Assembly: GCA_005884925.1 (NCBI GenBank)
Contig: VAYU01000027.1
Location: 10,194 to 74,193 of the forward strand
Origin: Actinomycetota bacterium
Lineage (GTDB): Bacteria; Actinomycetota; UBA4738; HRBIN12
Direction of reading: 5' to 3'
DNA length: 64,000 nt
Below the pieces are notes generated by a model that searched no databases, was not told where the DNA came from, and worked only from the letters and a program-made list of their open reading frames with translations. Each line of letters opens with the position of its first letter. The first letter of the stretch is position 1. Both the position numbers and the translations under genes were made by a program. Positions 9,585 through 21,352 of this stretch are shown here, piece after piece.

Positions 9585-10643
9585 CTACGCGGATACCGGA
9601 TCCGACCGCGCGATGAGCGACGCGGCGACCAGTTGCGGTCGGGCGCGCGCGAAGTAGGCGATCGCCACCCCGAACCCGATCCCGATCGGCGCGAGCCACG
9701 CCTGCCATCGGATCCAGTTCTTGCGGTCGAGGCCGGCTCGGAGCCATATGGGTTCAGGGTGTCCCGCCGCGTCGAGCGCACCCCAGATCGGCAGTGCGAG
9801 CAGCGCGAACAGCACGAGGGTGCCGCCCAGCAAGGGAGTCGGAAGGCCCAGGAGCTTCAGGGCGGTCGCAACGAGCACGAAGACGAGGGCCGGTCGGATC
9901 AGACCATCCGGTGCCTTCGACGACATGCGGGCGCCCACCCACACGGCCGGCAACGCACCGATCAGGATGGTCGCGGTCAAGCCGAGCTGGAAGTCTCCGA
10001 CGAGGATGTGCGCGAGCGCCGCCGCCGAGACGAGCGGGATCGCCTGAACCAGGTCCGTCCCGACGAGCTCGGCCCCCCGCAGGCTCGGATACAAGAGCAT
10101 CAGACAGACGATGATGATCGATCCCGATCCGACCGACGTGAGGCCGACGAGGAACCCCCCGAGCACACCGACGAGGAGGGTCGGGATCGGTCGAACGCGG
10201 AGCGGCGGCCGCACGTCGTGCGGGCTTCCGCTCGCACGACGTGCGGCGGCGCTCCGACGCCCCTGAAGGTAGCTCTTGAAGACCATCGCCGCGGCCGCGA
10301 GTAGAAGCGTGATGCCGAGCAGGCTCTTCGTCGCATCCTCGATCGCCACAGGATCGCCCACCTGCTGCAGAACCATCACTCCACCGAACGCGGCCGGGAT
10401 CGAGCCGATGCAGAGCCATCGCACCAGGTCCCACCGAACCGTCCGTCGACGGATGTGGACCCCGCCGCCGACGGGCTTCATCGCCATCGCAGCCACCAGA
10501 TCCGAGGACACGGCGGCGGTCGGGTTGATGCTGAAGAAGATGAGCAGGATCGGGGTCATGAGCGCGCCGCCGCCCATCCCCGTCAACCCGACCGTGAAGC
10601 CCACGATGGCCGCAGCGAAGACGATCCGAAGATCGATGTGCAC
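9585..10643 (-). CDS. TauE/SafE (DUF81) family anion exporter-like membrane protein
   Basis: In-frame GTG at 10641-10643 (VHIDLRIVFAAAIVGFTVGLTGMGGGALMTPILL...). The N-terminal 92 aa of the 444-aa track ORF are antisense to yezD and charged, so not real. Start is an inference. Confidence 0.7.
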   Translation of the reverse strand: MHIDLRIVFAAAIVGFTVGLTGMGGGALMTPILLIFFSINPTAAVSSDLVAAMAMKPVGGGVHIRRRTVRWDLVRWLCIGSIPAAFGGVMVLQQVGDPVAIEDATKSLLGITLLLAAAAMVFKSYLQGRRSAAARRASGSPHDVRPPLRVRPIPTLLVGVLGGFLVGLTSVGSGSIIIVCLMLLYPSLRGAELVGTDLVQAIPLVSAAALAHILVGDFQLGLTATILIGALPAVWVGARMSSKAPDGLIRPALVFVLVATALKLLGLPTPLLGGTLVLFALLALPIWGALDAAGHPEPIWLRAGLDRKNWIRWQAWLAPIGIGFGVAIAYFARARPQLVAASLIARSDPVSA

Positions 10644-10654
10644 GGCCTGAGTAT

Positions 10655-10673
10655 CTCGAAGACGACCTTCGAG
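10655..10673. promoter_or_regulatory. perfect inverted repeat CTCGAAG-N5-CTTCGAG in the 48-nt divergent tauE/yezD intergenic region
   Basis: Read directly: ctcgaag acgac cttcgag. The only intergenic DNA available for both divergent promoters. Confidence 0.35.
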
Positions 10674-10691
10674 TGACCGCGTAGCATCCGC

Positions 10692-10883
10692 GTGATGGTC
10701 GAGGCATCGAAGTCGGCGGCCGACGAGCAGCTCTTCGAGCTCGCCCTGTCTGAGGAGGAGAAGCTCGTCCTCGCGAAGGTCGCGGACATCCTCCGCAAGA
10801 TCCAGTTCGGCACGGTCGTGCTGGTCGTGCAGGACGGCAAGGTCGTGCAGATCGAGATGGCGGAGAAGTTCCGTCTGCGCTGA
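10692..10883 (+). CDS. YezD-family small protein (DUF2292)
   Basis: 63 aa ending ...IQFGTVVLVVQDGKVVQIEMAEKFRLR, the characteristic YezD C-terminal motif. Stop overlaps the ssuB ATG by 1 nt (TGATG). Confidence 0.75.
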   Translation: MMVEASKSAADEQLFELALSEEEKLVLAKVADILRKIQFGTVVLVVQDGKVVQIEMAEKFRLR

Positions 10884-11719
10884 TGGCCGACGCGATCCAC
10901 ACCCTCGCCGAACGCCCATCCGCCCCAGCGGAGCCGAAGCTCGCGCTCCGGGACCTCGTGGTGATGCGCCGAACCGCGTCGGGCGAGACCATCACCGCGA
11001 CCGACCGCCTGACCTTCGACGTCGCGCAGGGTGAGTTCGTCTGTCTGCTCGGTCCGAGCGGGTGCGGGAAGACGTCGCTGCTGAACGTCCTCGCCGGCCT
11101 CGTGATGCCGAGCAGCGGAGAGGCGCTGCTCGACGGTCGTCCGATCACGGGCCCCGGACCGGACCGAGCCGTGCTCTTCCAGGAGCCGGCCCTGTTCCCG
11201 TGGCTGTCGGTGCTGGGGAACGTGGAGCTCGGGCTCGAGCTCACCGGCGTGCCGGCATCCGCGCGCCGCGACATCGCACAGCGGTGGCTCGCGAACGTGC
11301 TTCTGGAGCGCTGGGCCGACGCGCAGCCCCACGAGCTCTCCGCAGGCATGCGACAGCGCGCGGCGCTCGCCCGTGCGCTCGCCGCCGACCCCGACGTGCT
11401 GCTGGGCGATGAGCCGTTCGGTGCGCTCGACGCGCAGGCCCGCGAGCTGCTCCAGCGAGAGGTGCAGCGTTTCTGGGTCGGATCGGACGATCGCAAGACG
11501 TTCCTGTTCGCCACGCACAACGTGCGAGAAGCGACCCTCCTGGCCGATCGCGTCCTGGTGATGTCGGCGGCGCCCGGTCGCCTGCTGGAGGAGTTCCGGA
11601 TCCACGCACCGCGTCCGCGAGACCTCGACGACGTGTTGATCGCGAGGGTCGTCTCCGAGATCCACACCCTCTTGATGCAGGAGGTGGATGCGAGTGTCGC
11701 GCGCGAGATGGCTCGCTGA
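10883..11719 (+). CDS. ssuB: aliphatic sulfonate/nitrate/taurine-type ABC transporter ATP-binding protein
   Basis: 278 aa, GPSGCGKTSLLNVLAGL, LSAGMRQRAALARALA, FLFATHNVREA; NitT/TauT-family pattern. Confidence 0.8.
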   Translation: MADAIHTLAERPSAPAEPKLALRDLVVMRRTASGETITATDRLTFDVAQGEFVCLLGPSGCGKTSLLNVLAGLVMPSSGEALLDGRPITGPGPDRAVLFQEPALFPWLSVLGNVELGLELTGVPASARRDIAQRWLANVLLERWADAQPHELSAGMRQRAALARALAADPDVLLGDEPFGALDAQARELLQREVQRFWVGSDDRKTFLFATHNVREATLLADRVLVMSAAPGRLLEEFRIHAPRPRDLDDVLIARVVSEIHTLLMQEVDASVAREMAR

Positions 11720-12473
11720 GGAGCTGGGTCCGCCGCTCGCCGGCGTCGTGGGCTTGATCGCGATCTGGGCGATCGTCGCAGCGGTGACCGACTCCGCGGC
11801 GATCCCGTCGCCGTCGGTGGTCTGGTCCGCGTTCCTCGATGGGATCCGTGATGGCAGCTTGCCCGACGCGGCCATCAAGACCCTCATCCGGCTCGCCTTC
11901 TCCTTCGTCGTCGCCGTCGTATCCGGGACCGCGCTCGGTCTGGCGCTCGCGCTCAACGGGTTCGCGCGGCGGGCGATCAGGCCGATCGTGGTGGCGCTGC
12001 AGATCACGCCGTTCGTCGCATGGGTCCCGCTCGCCGTGATCTGGTTCGGGGCGACCGAACGGGCGGTCGTGTTCGTCGCGATCGTCGGTTCGTTCCCCTC
12101 GATGGCCCTCGCCACGCTCCAGGCGATCCGCCAGGTGCCGCCGTTGTATGAGCGGGCCGGACGGACGCTCGGTGCTCGCGGGTGGTCGCTGTACCGCAAG
12201 GTCATCGTGCCTGCCGCGTTGCCCGGGGTGATGGCGGGCCTCCAGCAGGCATGGGGGTTCGCCTGGAAGGCATTGATGGCCGGGGAGCTGATCGTCGCGG
12301 CAGCCCACGCCGGGCTCGGGCACCTGCTCGACCCGCGCCGAGGGGCGAGCGTCCCGACCCTGTTCGCCGCGCTGGCGGTGATCGTCGTGATCGGCGTCGC
12401 GGTCGATTACCTGCTGTTCGGCCAGCTCGACCGGAGGATCCGTCGCCGGCGCGGGCTGCTCGTCGAGACCTGA
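11688..12473 (+). CDS. ssuC: sulfonate/nitrate/taurine-type ABC transporter permease
   Basis: 261 aa polytopic permease with EAA loop (YERAGRTLGARGWSLYRKVIVPAALP). Exact start uncertain because the ORF overlaps the ssuB end. Confidence 0.75.
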   Translation: MRVSRARWLAEELGPPLAGVVGLIAIWAIVAAVTDSAAIPSPSVVWSAFLDGIRDGSLPDAAIKTLIRLAFSFVVAVVSGTALGLALALNGFARRAIRPIVVALQITPFVAWVPLAVIWFGATERAVVFVAIVGSFPSMALATLQAIRQVPPLYERAGRTLGARGWSLYRKVIVPAALPGVMAGLQQAWGFAWKALMAGELIVAAAHAGLGHLLDPRRGASVPTLFAALAVIVVIGVAVDYLLFGQLDRRIRRRRGLLVET

Positions 12474-12483
12474 CCCGCCTGGG

Positions 12484-13128
12484 TCACCGTTCGAACGGGT
12501 TCTCCGGCGTGAGGAGCTCCACCCGCACGGGCGAGGCCAGGTCGCGGAACCGGTCGCCGTCCGTTCGCGAGCCCACCACGAACCCGTAGTGCATCGGCAC
12601 GGCGACCTGCGGCCGGATCACCTTCGCCAAGCCTGCGGCCTCCTCCGCCCCCATCGTGAAGGGACCGTCACCGATCGGAAGGAACGTGACATCCGCCTTG
12701 ACGGCGTCGAGCTCGGGCGCATGGTCGGTGTCTCCGGCGTGGTAGTAGGTCCCACCTCCCAGCTCGACGATGTAGCCGACCCACCGGTTCTCCTTCGGAT
12801 GCGACTGGAGCCGATGCTCCACCACGTTGTACGCGGGGACCGTGGTGAAGTGAAGCCCGCCCACCTCGTGTGACTCGCCGGGGGCGACCGGCGTGACGTC
12901 ACCGCTCAGCTCCCTCGCCACGTCATGCGGTGCGACGAGCTTGGTCGATACGGTCGAGAGGCGCTCGATCTCCTCCGGCTGGAAGTGATCCTGATGCGCG
13001 TGCGTGATCAAGATCATGTCCGCCGGCGGCGCATCGGCCGGCGTTCCCCACGGATCGATGTAGACCGTTCGCTCGGCGTCTCGCCACCGGAGCGCAGACT
13101 GTCGGAACCAGGTGATGGGCTCGAGCAT
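12484..13128 (-). CDS. MBL-fold metallo-hydrolase
   Basis: Trimmed to ATG 13126-13128 (MLEPITWFRQSA...). ILITHAHQDH metal-binding motif, later HAGDT and PMHY motifs. Confidence 0.8.
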   Translation of the reverse strand: MLEPITWFRQSALRWRDAERTVYIDPWGTPADAPPADMILITHAHQDHFQPEEIERLSTVSTKLVAPHDVARELSGDVTPVAPGESHEVGGLHFTTVPAYNVVEHRLQSHPKENRWVGYIVELGGGTYYHAGDTDHAPELDAVKADVTFLPIGDGPFTMGAEEAAGLAKVIRPQVAVPMHYGFVVGSRTDGDRFRDLASPVRVELLTPENPFER

Positions 13129-13163
13129 CGCGTCTCCCTCCAGATCGGGAACGCCCGGTAGTC

Positions 13164-14483
13164 TTGCAGGCCATGGCGGAACGGGTGGGGCGGGAGCGCG
13201 CGACGGGAGCCCGGGCCGCCGCCTCCTTGTTGCGACGGAACCGAGATTTCCGACGGCTGTTCCTCGCATCGGTGATCTCACTCGGCGGCGACTGGTTCCT
13301 GTTCGTCGCGCTCGGCGGCCTGGTGATCGAGGTGACGGGGAAGGCCTTCGCGGTCGGCGTCCTGATCATGGCGCAGGAGCTCCCGGTCTTCCTGGCGACC
13401 CCGTGGGCCGGGTGGCTCGCCGACCGCTTCGATCGACGCCGTCTGATGATCGCATGCGACGTCGCCCGAACGGCCCTCTGCACCGCGTTCCTCGCCGTCG
13501 GGCCGCGGAACCTCTGGCTCGCGTACGTCCTACTCGCGGCGTTGTCGGTGTTCGCCGCCGTCTTCGACCCCGCGTCGTCCGCGTCGATCCCGAACGTCGT
13601 GGATCCGAAGGACCTGCCGACCGCGAATGCCTTGAGCGGATCGCTCTGGGGCACCATGCTCGCCGTTGGTGCGGCCCTCGGCGGGATCGTCTCGACCGTT
13701 TTCGGACGCGACACCGCGTTCACGGTCGACGCGGTGTCGTTCGCTCTCTCCGCACTCCTGCTCGCACGGATCCATCGCCGCTTCTCCGAGGACCGGACCG
13801 GCGAGGAACACGTCGGGATCGCCCGCGCCACGGCGGAAACGGCTCGGTACGCGCGGCGCGACCATCGCGTCCGGGCGTTGATCTCGGTGAAGTTCGGGTT
13901 CGGGCTCGCCGCGGGGGTCCTGGCGCTCGTGGCGGTGTTCGCCCGGCAGGTGTTCCACGGCGGCGACGTCGGGTTCGGCTTCCTGATGGCGTGTCGCGGC
14001 GTCGGCGCGCTGATCGGTCCGTTCCTGGGTCACCGGCTCGCCGGCCGCGACCACGAGCGGCTGATCCCGACGATCGCCACGGCGCTGGCCGTGTTCGGGA
14101 TCGGGTACATGGCGCTCGGCGCGATGCCGACGCTCTGGCTGGCGGGACTCAGCGTCCTGATCGCACACCTCGGCGGGGGCGCGCAGTGGGTGCTCTCCAG
14201 CTACGGGTTGCAGCGTTTGGTCCCGGACCGGATCCGAGGCCGGATCTTCGCCTTCGATTTCGCGTTGATCACGCTGTCGCTCGCGGCATCCAGCCTCATC
14301 GCTTCAGCGCTCGCCGACGCGATCGGCCCCCGGACGGCCGTCATGATCGTCGGCGGGTTGGCGCTCGGCTGGGCCGCCCTCTGGTGGTTCCTGACGCGAG
14401 ACGTCCGGGCCACGCCGATCTTCGAAGGGTGCGGCGAGGCACCGATAGAGCAGCTCGCGCCGATCGCCCTCGCCGTCGAGTAG
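13164..14483 (+). CDS. MFS transporter
   Basis: 439 aa, about 12 predicted TM segments, N-terminal NRDFRRLFLASVISLGGDW and WAGWLADRFDRRR loop typical of the EntS-like MFS group. Confidence 0.8.
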   Translation: MQAMAERVGRERATGARAAASLLRRNRDFRRLFLASVISLGGDWFLFVALGGLVIEVTGKAFAVGVLIMAQELPVFLATPWAGWLADRFDRRRLMIACDVARTALCTAFLAVGPRNLWLAYVLLAALSVFAAVFDPASSASIPNVVDPKDLPTANALSGSLWGTMLAVGAALGGIVSTVFGRDTAFTVDAVSFALSALLLARIHRRFSEDRTGEEHVGIARATAETARYARRDHRVRALISVKFGFGLAAGVLALVAVFARQVFHGGDVGFGFLMACRGVGALIGPFLGHRLAGRDHERLIPTIATALAVFGIGYMALGAMPTLWLAGLSVLIAHLGGGAQWVLSSYGLQRLVPDRIRGRIFAFDFALITLSLAASSLIASALADAIGPRTAVMIVGGLALGWAALWWFLTRDVRATPIFEGCGEAPIEQLAPIALAVE

Positions 14484-14497
14484 TGCGGACGGCGAAG

Positions 14498-15160
14498 CTA
14501 CGAAGGAGGGGTCGGCGGCGGAGGAGGCGACTCCTCCGCCGCCGACCCCGCCGACGCTCCGGACTGGCCGCCGAACGTCACGCCGGGCGTCTCGCCGACG
14601 AAGTCGACATGCGGCACGCCGCCTTCGCCGCGCAACGCCTCGTCGACCTCGAAGAACTGCTCTTCGGTGAACCCGAAGGAGCGCGCGATCACGTTCGACG
14701 GGAACGATCGCACGCGGCGGTTGTAGTCGCGCACGTTGCTGTTGTAGAAGCGACGGGCGGTCTGCAGCCGGTCCTCCGTGTTGGAGAGCTCGGACTGCAA
14801 CGCCAGGAAGTTCTGGTTGGCCTTCAGGTCTGGGTAATTCTCGGCGACCGCGAACAGCTGGCGGAGCGCGGCGACCAACGGGCCCTCGGCCGCCGCCTGC
14901 TCGGCGGGCGAGCCCGTGGCGGCCGTCGCCATCGCGCGCGCCTTCGTGACGTTCTCGAAGACCTCGCGTTCGTGGGAGGCATAGCCCTTCACGGTCTCGA
15001 CCAGGTTGGGGATGAGGTCGTACCGGCGCCGGAGCTCCGTGTCGATGTTCGCCCACGCGTCCCGCACGAGGTTCCGCTGCGAGACGAAACGGTTGTAGCT
15101 GGCGATCCCACCGAAGACGACCAGCAGGATCACGGCGAGCAGGACGATCCAGACCCACAC
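14498..15160 (-). CDS. lemA: LemA family membrane protein
   Basis: 220 aa, GTG start, N-terminal TM then YNRFVSQRNLVRDAWANIDTELRRRYDLIPNLVETVKGYASHE, the LemA signature; Pro-rich tail. Confidence 0.9.
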   Translation of the reverse strand: MWVWIVLLAVILLVVFGGIASYNRFVSQRNLVRDAWANIDTELRRRYDLIPNLVETVKGYASHEREVFENVTKARAMATAATGSPAEQAAAEGPLVAALRQLFAVAENYPDLKANQNFLALQSELSNTEDRLQTARRFYNSNVRDYNRRVRSFPSNVIARSFGFTEEQFFEVDEALRGEGGVPHVDFVGETPGVTFGGQSGASAGSAAEESPPPPPTPPS

Positions 15161-15208
15161 GATGCAGGCTCCTTCCCTCGGACCTGACGTGGATGCGACC
15201 TCGGCAGC

Positions 15209-15982
15209 TTAGCCGGAGACGGGGTACAGCGAGAACACCACCTTCGGCACGTGGTCGATGAACGCCTTGGCGGTCCCGATCAGCTGAACCAGCTCCGTCG
15301 GGGGGATCTTCGGTCCCGCCACCAGCACACGGTTCCCGATGACCTCGACGCCGTAGTCGGTCCCGTGCTCGAGCAGCCACCGCATCATCCTCGCGTCCAC
15401 CAGATCGTTCGCGAACTTTCGGTCGTTCCCCCGAACGTTGAACGCTCGGTTGAAGGCCTCGTCCTCGAACTGGACGTCGTGGAACGACAGGGCGCCCGCG
15501 ATCCGTGTGAAGAAGGTCTCGTGACCGATGGACAACGCCGGGCACGCGGCTCCGATCGGCACGATCGCGCAGTCGAACCGGTAGTACGAGCGGCTGGTCC
15601 GCCCGTTCGAGTCGGTCGACTCCTCGTAGTACCAGTAGTCGAACGCGCGCAGGTCCAGGCCCTGCCACACCCCCGAGACGACGTTCTCCAGGCCGCGGCC
15701 GTCCCCCTTCCGGAACAGTGCGAAGGGCTCCCCGAGCAGGCCGAACGGGTCTTGGAGCGAGTACGACAGGCCGAGCTGCCGGGCCATCGTTTGGAACCCG
15801 AGCCGACGTCGCTTGGTCGACAGATAGCTGAGGTACGCGATCAGCCCGACGAGGGCGACGCCGCCGACCAGGATCAGGATCAGCGCCCACGGCAGGCCAG
15901 GGGAGGAGAACACCTCCGGCGGCGGCGTCGGCGGCAGCGGCGTGTGCTTCCGCGCGACGACGGTCAACAGCTCGAGCGTCAC
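15209..15982 (-). CDS. DUF3137-like membrane protein
   Basis: 257 aa, one N-terminal TM, then a region resembling the DUF3137 family (YYRFDCAIVP...FNRAFNVRGNDRKFANDLVDARMMRWLL). Recalled family resemblance, not searched. Confidence 0.6.
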   Translation of the reverse strand: MTLELLTVVARKHTPLPPTPPPEVFSSPGLPWALILILVGGVALVGLIAYLSYLSTKRRRLGFQTMARQLGLSYSLQDPFGLLGEPFALFRKGDGRGLENVVSGVWQGLDLRAFDYWYYEESTDSNGRTSRSYYRFDCAIVPIGAACPALSIGHETFFTRIAGALSFHDVQFEDEAFNRAFNVRGNDRKFANDLVDARMMRWLLEHGTDYGVEVIGNRVLVAGPKIPPTELVQLIGTAKAFIDHVPKVVFSLYPVSG

Positions 15983-16022
15983 GACCGGAGGCTGGCTGAC
16001 CGAGAGGCTCGACGCAAGCAGC

Positions 16023-18608
<2,586 letters not shown>

Positions 18609-18609
18609 G

Positions 18610-19170
18610 TCAGTCCCCCTCTCGTCCTCGGCCTTCGTGGTCGGCTCGCGTCCTGGCGTAGAGGGCGTAGTCGCGAGGTGCTCCGTCGGGAGAGGGCCAG
18701 AACCCGCGCATGATCCCCTCCAGCCGGAACCCGGCCTTCTCCGCGGCGCGGCGCATCGCCGTGTTCTCGGTGTCGGTCCCGAGCTGCACGCGATGGGCGC
18801 CCTCGTCCTCGAACAGATGCCGGGTGATCAAGGTGAGGGCCTCGGTGCCGTACCCGCGTCCGCGGGTGCCGGCGAACAACCCGATCCCCAGCTCGAAGAG
18901 ACCGGGGGGTGTGGTCAGGTTGCAGTGGCGTGCCTGCACATCGCCGATGAGCTCACCGTTCGTCTCGATGCCGAGATCAAGCACGTGTTGATCCCGCCAG
19001 GATCCCGAAGCCGCCACGCGGGCCAGAACGCGCTCACGCGAGACCTCGTCATCGGGCCACGGGACCTCGAAGTCGCCGCGATCGGTCGATTCCCGATCCC
19101 ACAGCGTCGCAGCTTCCGGCTCGCGGAACGGTCGGAGCAGGACGGTTTCGCCCTGGAGGCGAACGCTCAC
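18610..19170 (-). CDS. GNAT family N-acetyltransferase (RimJ/RimL-like)
   Basis: Start set to GTG 19168-19170, forming a GTGA overlap with the hspR stop. [13 protein letters not shown]...[19 protein letters not shown]...[27 protein letters not shown]. Confidence 0.8.
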   Translation of the reverse strand: MSVRLQGETVLLRPFREPEAATLWDRESTDRGDFEVPWPDDEVSRERVLARVAASGSWRDQHVLDLGIETNGELIGDVQARHCNLTTPPGLFELGIGLFAGTRGRGYGTEALTLITRHLFEDEGAHRVQLGTDTENTAMRRAAEKAGFRLEGIMRGFWPSPDGAPRDYALYARTRADHEGRGREGD

Positions 19171-19583
19171 GTTCGCGTGCCTCCGACCCACGGCGGGAGG
19201 AACACGCTCCGGAGCGGCATGATCTGACCCTCGCGCCGCTCGGACGCGTCGGCGACTCGCAGCTGCTCCTCCAGCTCCTGCATCCTGGCGCGGAGAGCGG
19301 TCAGTTCCGCCTGCATCTCGATGATCCTCTTCACGCCGGCGAGGTTGATCCCGAGCTCCTGGGTCATCTCCTGGATCTGCCGCAACAGGTCGATGTCACG
19401 CTTCGAGTAGCGCCGGGTGTTGCCCGACGTCCGCTCGGGTCGCACGAGGCCCTTGCGCTCGTAGATCCGGAGCGTCTGTGGGTGCACGCCGGCGAGCTCC
19501 GCCGCGACGCTGATCACGTAGACGGCGCGCTCTTCACCGGCATCCCTTCGATCGACGCGATCTTCGATGTCCTCGACGTCCAT
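19167..19583 (-). CDS. hspR: heat-shock transcriptional repressor HspR (MerR family)
   Basis: Trimmed to ATG 19581-19583 with upstream [45 protein letters not shown]; position directly after dnaJ. Confidence 0.9.
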   Translation of the reverse strand: MDVEDIEDRVDRRDAGEERAVYVISVAAELAGVHPQTLRIYERKGLVRPERTSGNTRRYSKRDIDLLRQIQEMTQELGINLAGVKRIIEMQAELTALRARMQELEEQLRVADASERREGQIMPLRSVFLPPWVGGTRT

Positions 19584-19596
19584 GGGAACCTCCACC

Positions 19597-20745
19597 TCAC
19601 GACACGCCGAGCTCCGCGCGGGGAGACTCCGTCTCCGCATCGCGGAGCTCGGCGAGCAGCTCCTTCTCACGCTTGGACAGCTTCTTCGGCACGTCGACGT
19701 TGACGGTCACGAGGAGATCCCCGTGGCCGCCGCGCTTCGGCGCGCCCTTGCCCTTGACCCGGAACGTCTTGCCGCTCGGGGTGCCCGCCGGGACCTTGAG
19801 CGTGACGGGACCGTTCAGCGTCGGCACCTTCACGTTCGCGCCGAGCGCGGCCTCGGGGTAGGACACCGGCAGGTCGACGGTCAGGTTGTCGCCGCTGCGG
19901 CCGAAGACCGGATGCTCGCCGACGCGCACGCGGACGTACAGATCGCCGGCCTGGCCACCGGGTCCCCCGGGCTCTCCTCTCCCCGCCACGCGGATCCTCG
20001 CTCCGTCCTTCACGCCTGCCGGCACCTTCACCTTCACGGTTCGCGAACGCCGGACCGCGCCGCTCCCGTGGCACGTGGGACAGGGGGTCTCGATCGTTCG
20101 ACCCGTTCCCGAGCAGGTTGGACAGGTCTGCTCCATCTGGAAGAAGCCTTGGTTCACAGCGACCTGCCCGGCCCCACCACAGGTCGCGCACACGACGGGC
20201 TGGGTACCGGGAGCGGCGCCCGAACCATGACACGTGGTGCACACCGCCGGACCGTCGAGCGTGACGGGGATGGTCACCCCGGACATCGCGTCGTCGAACG
20301 ACAATCGAACCTCGGTCTCCAGGTCCGCACCGCGCCGCTGTCGCGCCTGCGGCCGGCGCGCTCGTCCCCGCGAGCCACCGAACATCCCGCCGAACAGGTC
20401 GGAGAGATCCCCGATATCGACGGTCTCGTAGCGGAACCCGCCGGGCGCGCCCTCGAAACCCGTCCCGCCCGCTCCCGGGAATCCGGCGCCGAAGCCTCCG
20501 GCGCCCATCTCACGCACCCGGTCGTACGCGGCGCGCTTCTCCTCATCGCCCAACACGTCGTAGGCGGCGGAGACCTCCTTGAACCGCTCCTCGGCCTTGG
20601 GGTCGCCGGCGTTCGCGTCGGGGTGGTGCTTCTGCGCGAGCTTCCGGTAGGCCTTCTTGATCTCGGCCGCGGTCGCGTTCTTGGGCACGCCGAGGACCTC
20701 GTAGTAATCCTTCTCGAACCACTCGCGGCGGATCTCTTCGGCCAC
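19597..20745 (-). CDS. dnaJ: chaperone DnaJ
   Basis: 382 aa, J-domain [33 protein letters not shown] region, four CxxCxGxG zinc motifs. Confidence 0.97.
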   Translation of the reverse strand: MAEEIRREWFEKDYYEVLGVPKNATAAEIKKAYRKLAQKHHPDANAGDPKAEERFKEVSAAYDVLGDEEKRAAYDRVREMGAGGFGAGFPGAGGTGFEGAPGGFRYETVDIGDLSDLFGGMFGGSRGRARRPQARQRRGADLETEVRLSFDDAMSGVTIPVTLDGPAVCTTCHGSGAAPGTQPVVCATCGGAGQVAVNQGFFQMEQTCPTCSGTGRTIETPCPTCHGSGAVRRSRTVKVKVPAGVKDGARIRVAGRGEPGGPGGQAGDLYVRVRVGEHPVFGRSGDNLTVDLPVSYPEAALGANVKVPTLNGPVTLKVPAGTPSGKTFRVKGKGAPKRGGHGDLLVTVNVDVPKKLSKREKELLAELRDAETESPRAELGVS

Positions 20746-20752
20746 CGTCAGC

Positions 20753-21352
20753 TCACGTCCTCTCGACCCGCACCCCCGCGGGGCGTAGGACCCTTCCCTT
20801 CAGCGTGTATCCGGGACGGAACACCTCGGCGACGTGCGGCTCGCCGTCGCCCTCCCCCGTCTGCATCAGCGCCTCGTGCAGGTTGGGGTCGAACGGCGCA
20901 CCCTCGGCGTCGATCCGCTGCAGACCCTCGGCCTTCAGCGCGTCCATCAGCTTGGCGTAGACGAGTTCGATCCCCTTCAAGAACCGATCGCGGTCCACAT
21001 CCTCATGGGCATGCAGCAACGCGAGCTCGAACTCGTCGAGCACCTCGAGCAGCCGGCGCATGACCGGCTCCGAGGCGAGCTCGAGCGTCGTGGTCTGCTC
21101 ACGGATCACCCGCTTGCGGTAGTTGTCGAACTCCGCCTGCAGCCGCTGCAGGTGCTGCAGGTATTCGTCGGCCTTCGCCATTGCCTCGGCCAGCTCATCG
21201 GTCGCCGCGGCGGCCGGCTCGTCCGTGCCCGGTTCGTTCGAACCGGAAGCGGAGGACCGCTCCGGGCCCTCCGCTTCCGCGAGCTTCGCGAACCGACGCT
21301 TGTCGGTGACCTTGATCACCGGGGCTTCGTCACGATCGCGATCGTTCGTCAC
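20753..21352 (-). CDS. grpE: nucleotide exchange factor GrpE
   Basis: 199 aa, [13 protein letters not shown] and C-terminal [14 protein letters not shown] motifs; GTGA overlap with the dnaK stop. Confidence 0.95.
   Translation of the reverse strand: MTNDRDRDEAPVIKVTDKRRFAKLAEAEGPERSSASGSNEPGTDEPAAAATDELAEAMAKADEYLQHLQRLQAEFDNYRKRVIREQTTTLELASEPVMRRLLEVLDEFELALLHAHEDVDRDRFLKGIELVYAKLMDALKAEGLQRIDAEGAPFDPNLHEALMQTGEGDGEPHVAEVFRPGYTLKGRVLRPAGVRVERT

Noticed and set aside
9754-12323. Long minus-strand ORFs (637, 540 and 360 aa) across yezD-ssuB-ssuC
   Set aside because: They are antisense to genes with clear family motifs, and their products are dominated by R, P, S, A and G with no motifs. This is typical shadow-ORF behaviour in roughly 70% G+C DNA.
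13112-15890. 691-aa plus-strand and 528-aa minus-strand ORFs over the MFS, LemA and DUF3137 genes
   Set aside because: Extreme Arg/Pro/Gly composition, out of frame or antisense to well-supported genes.
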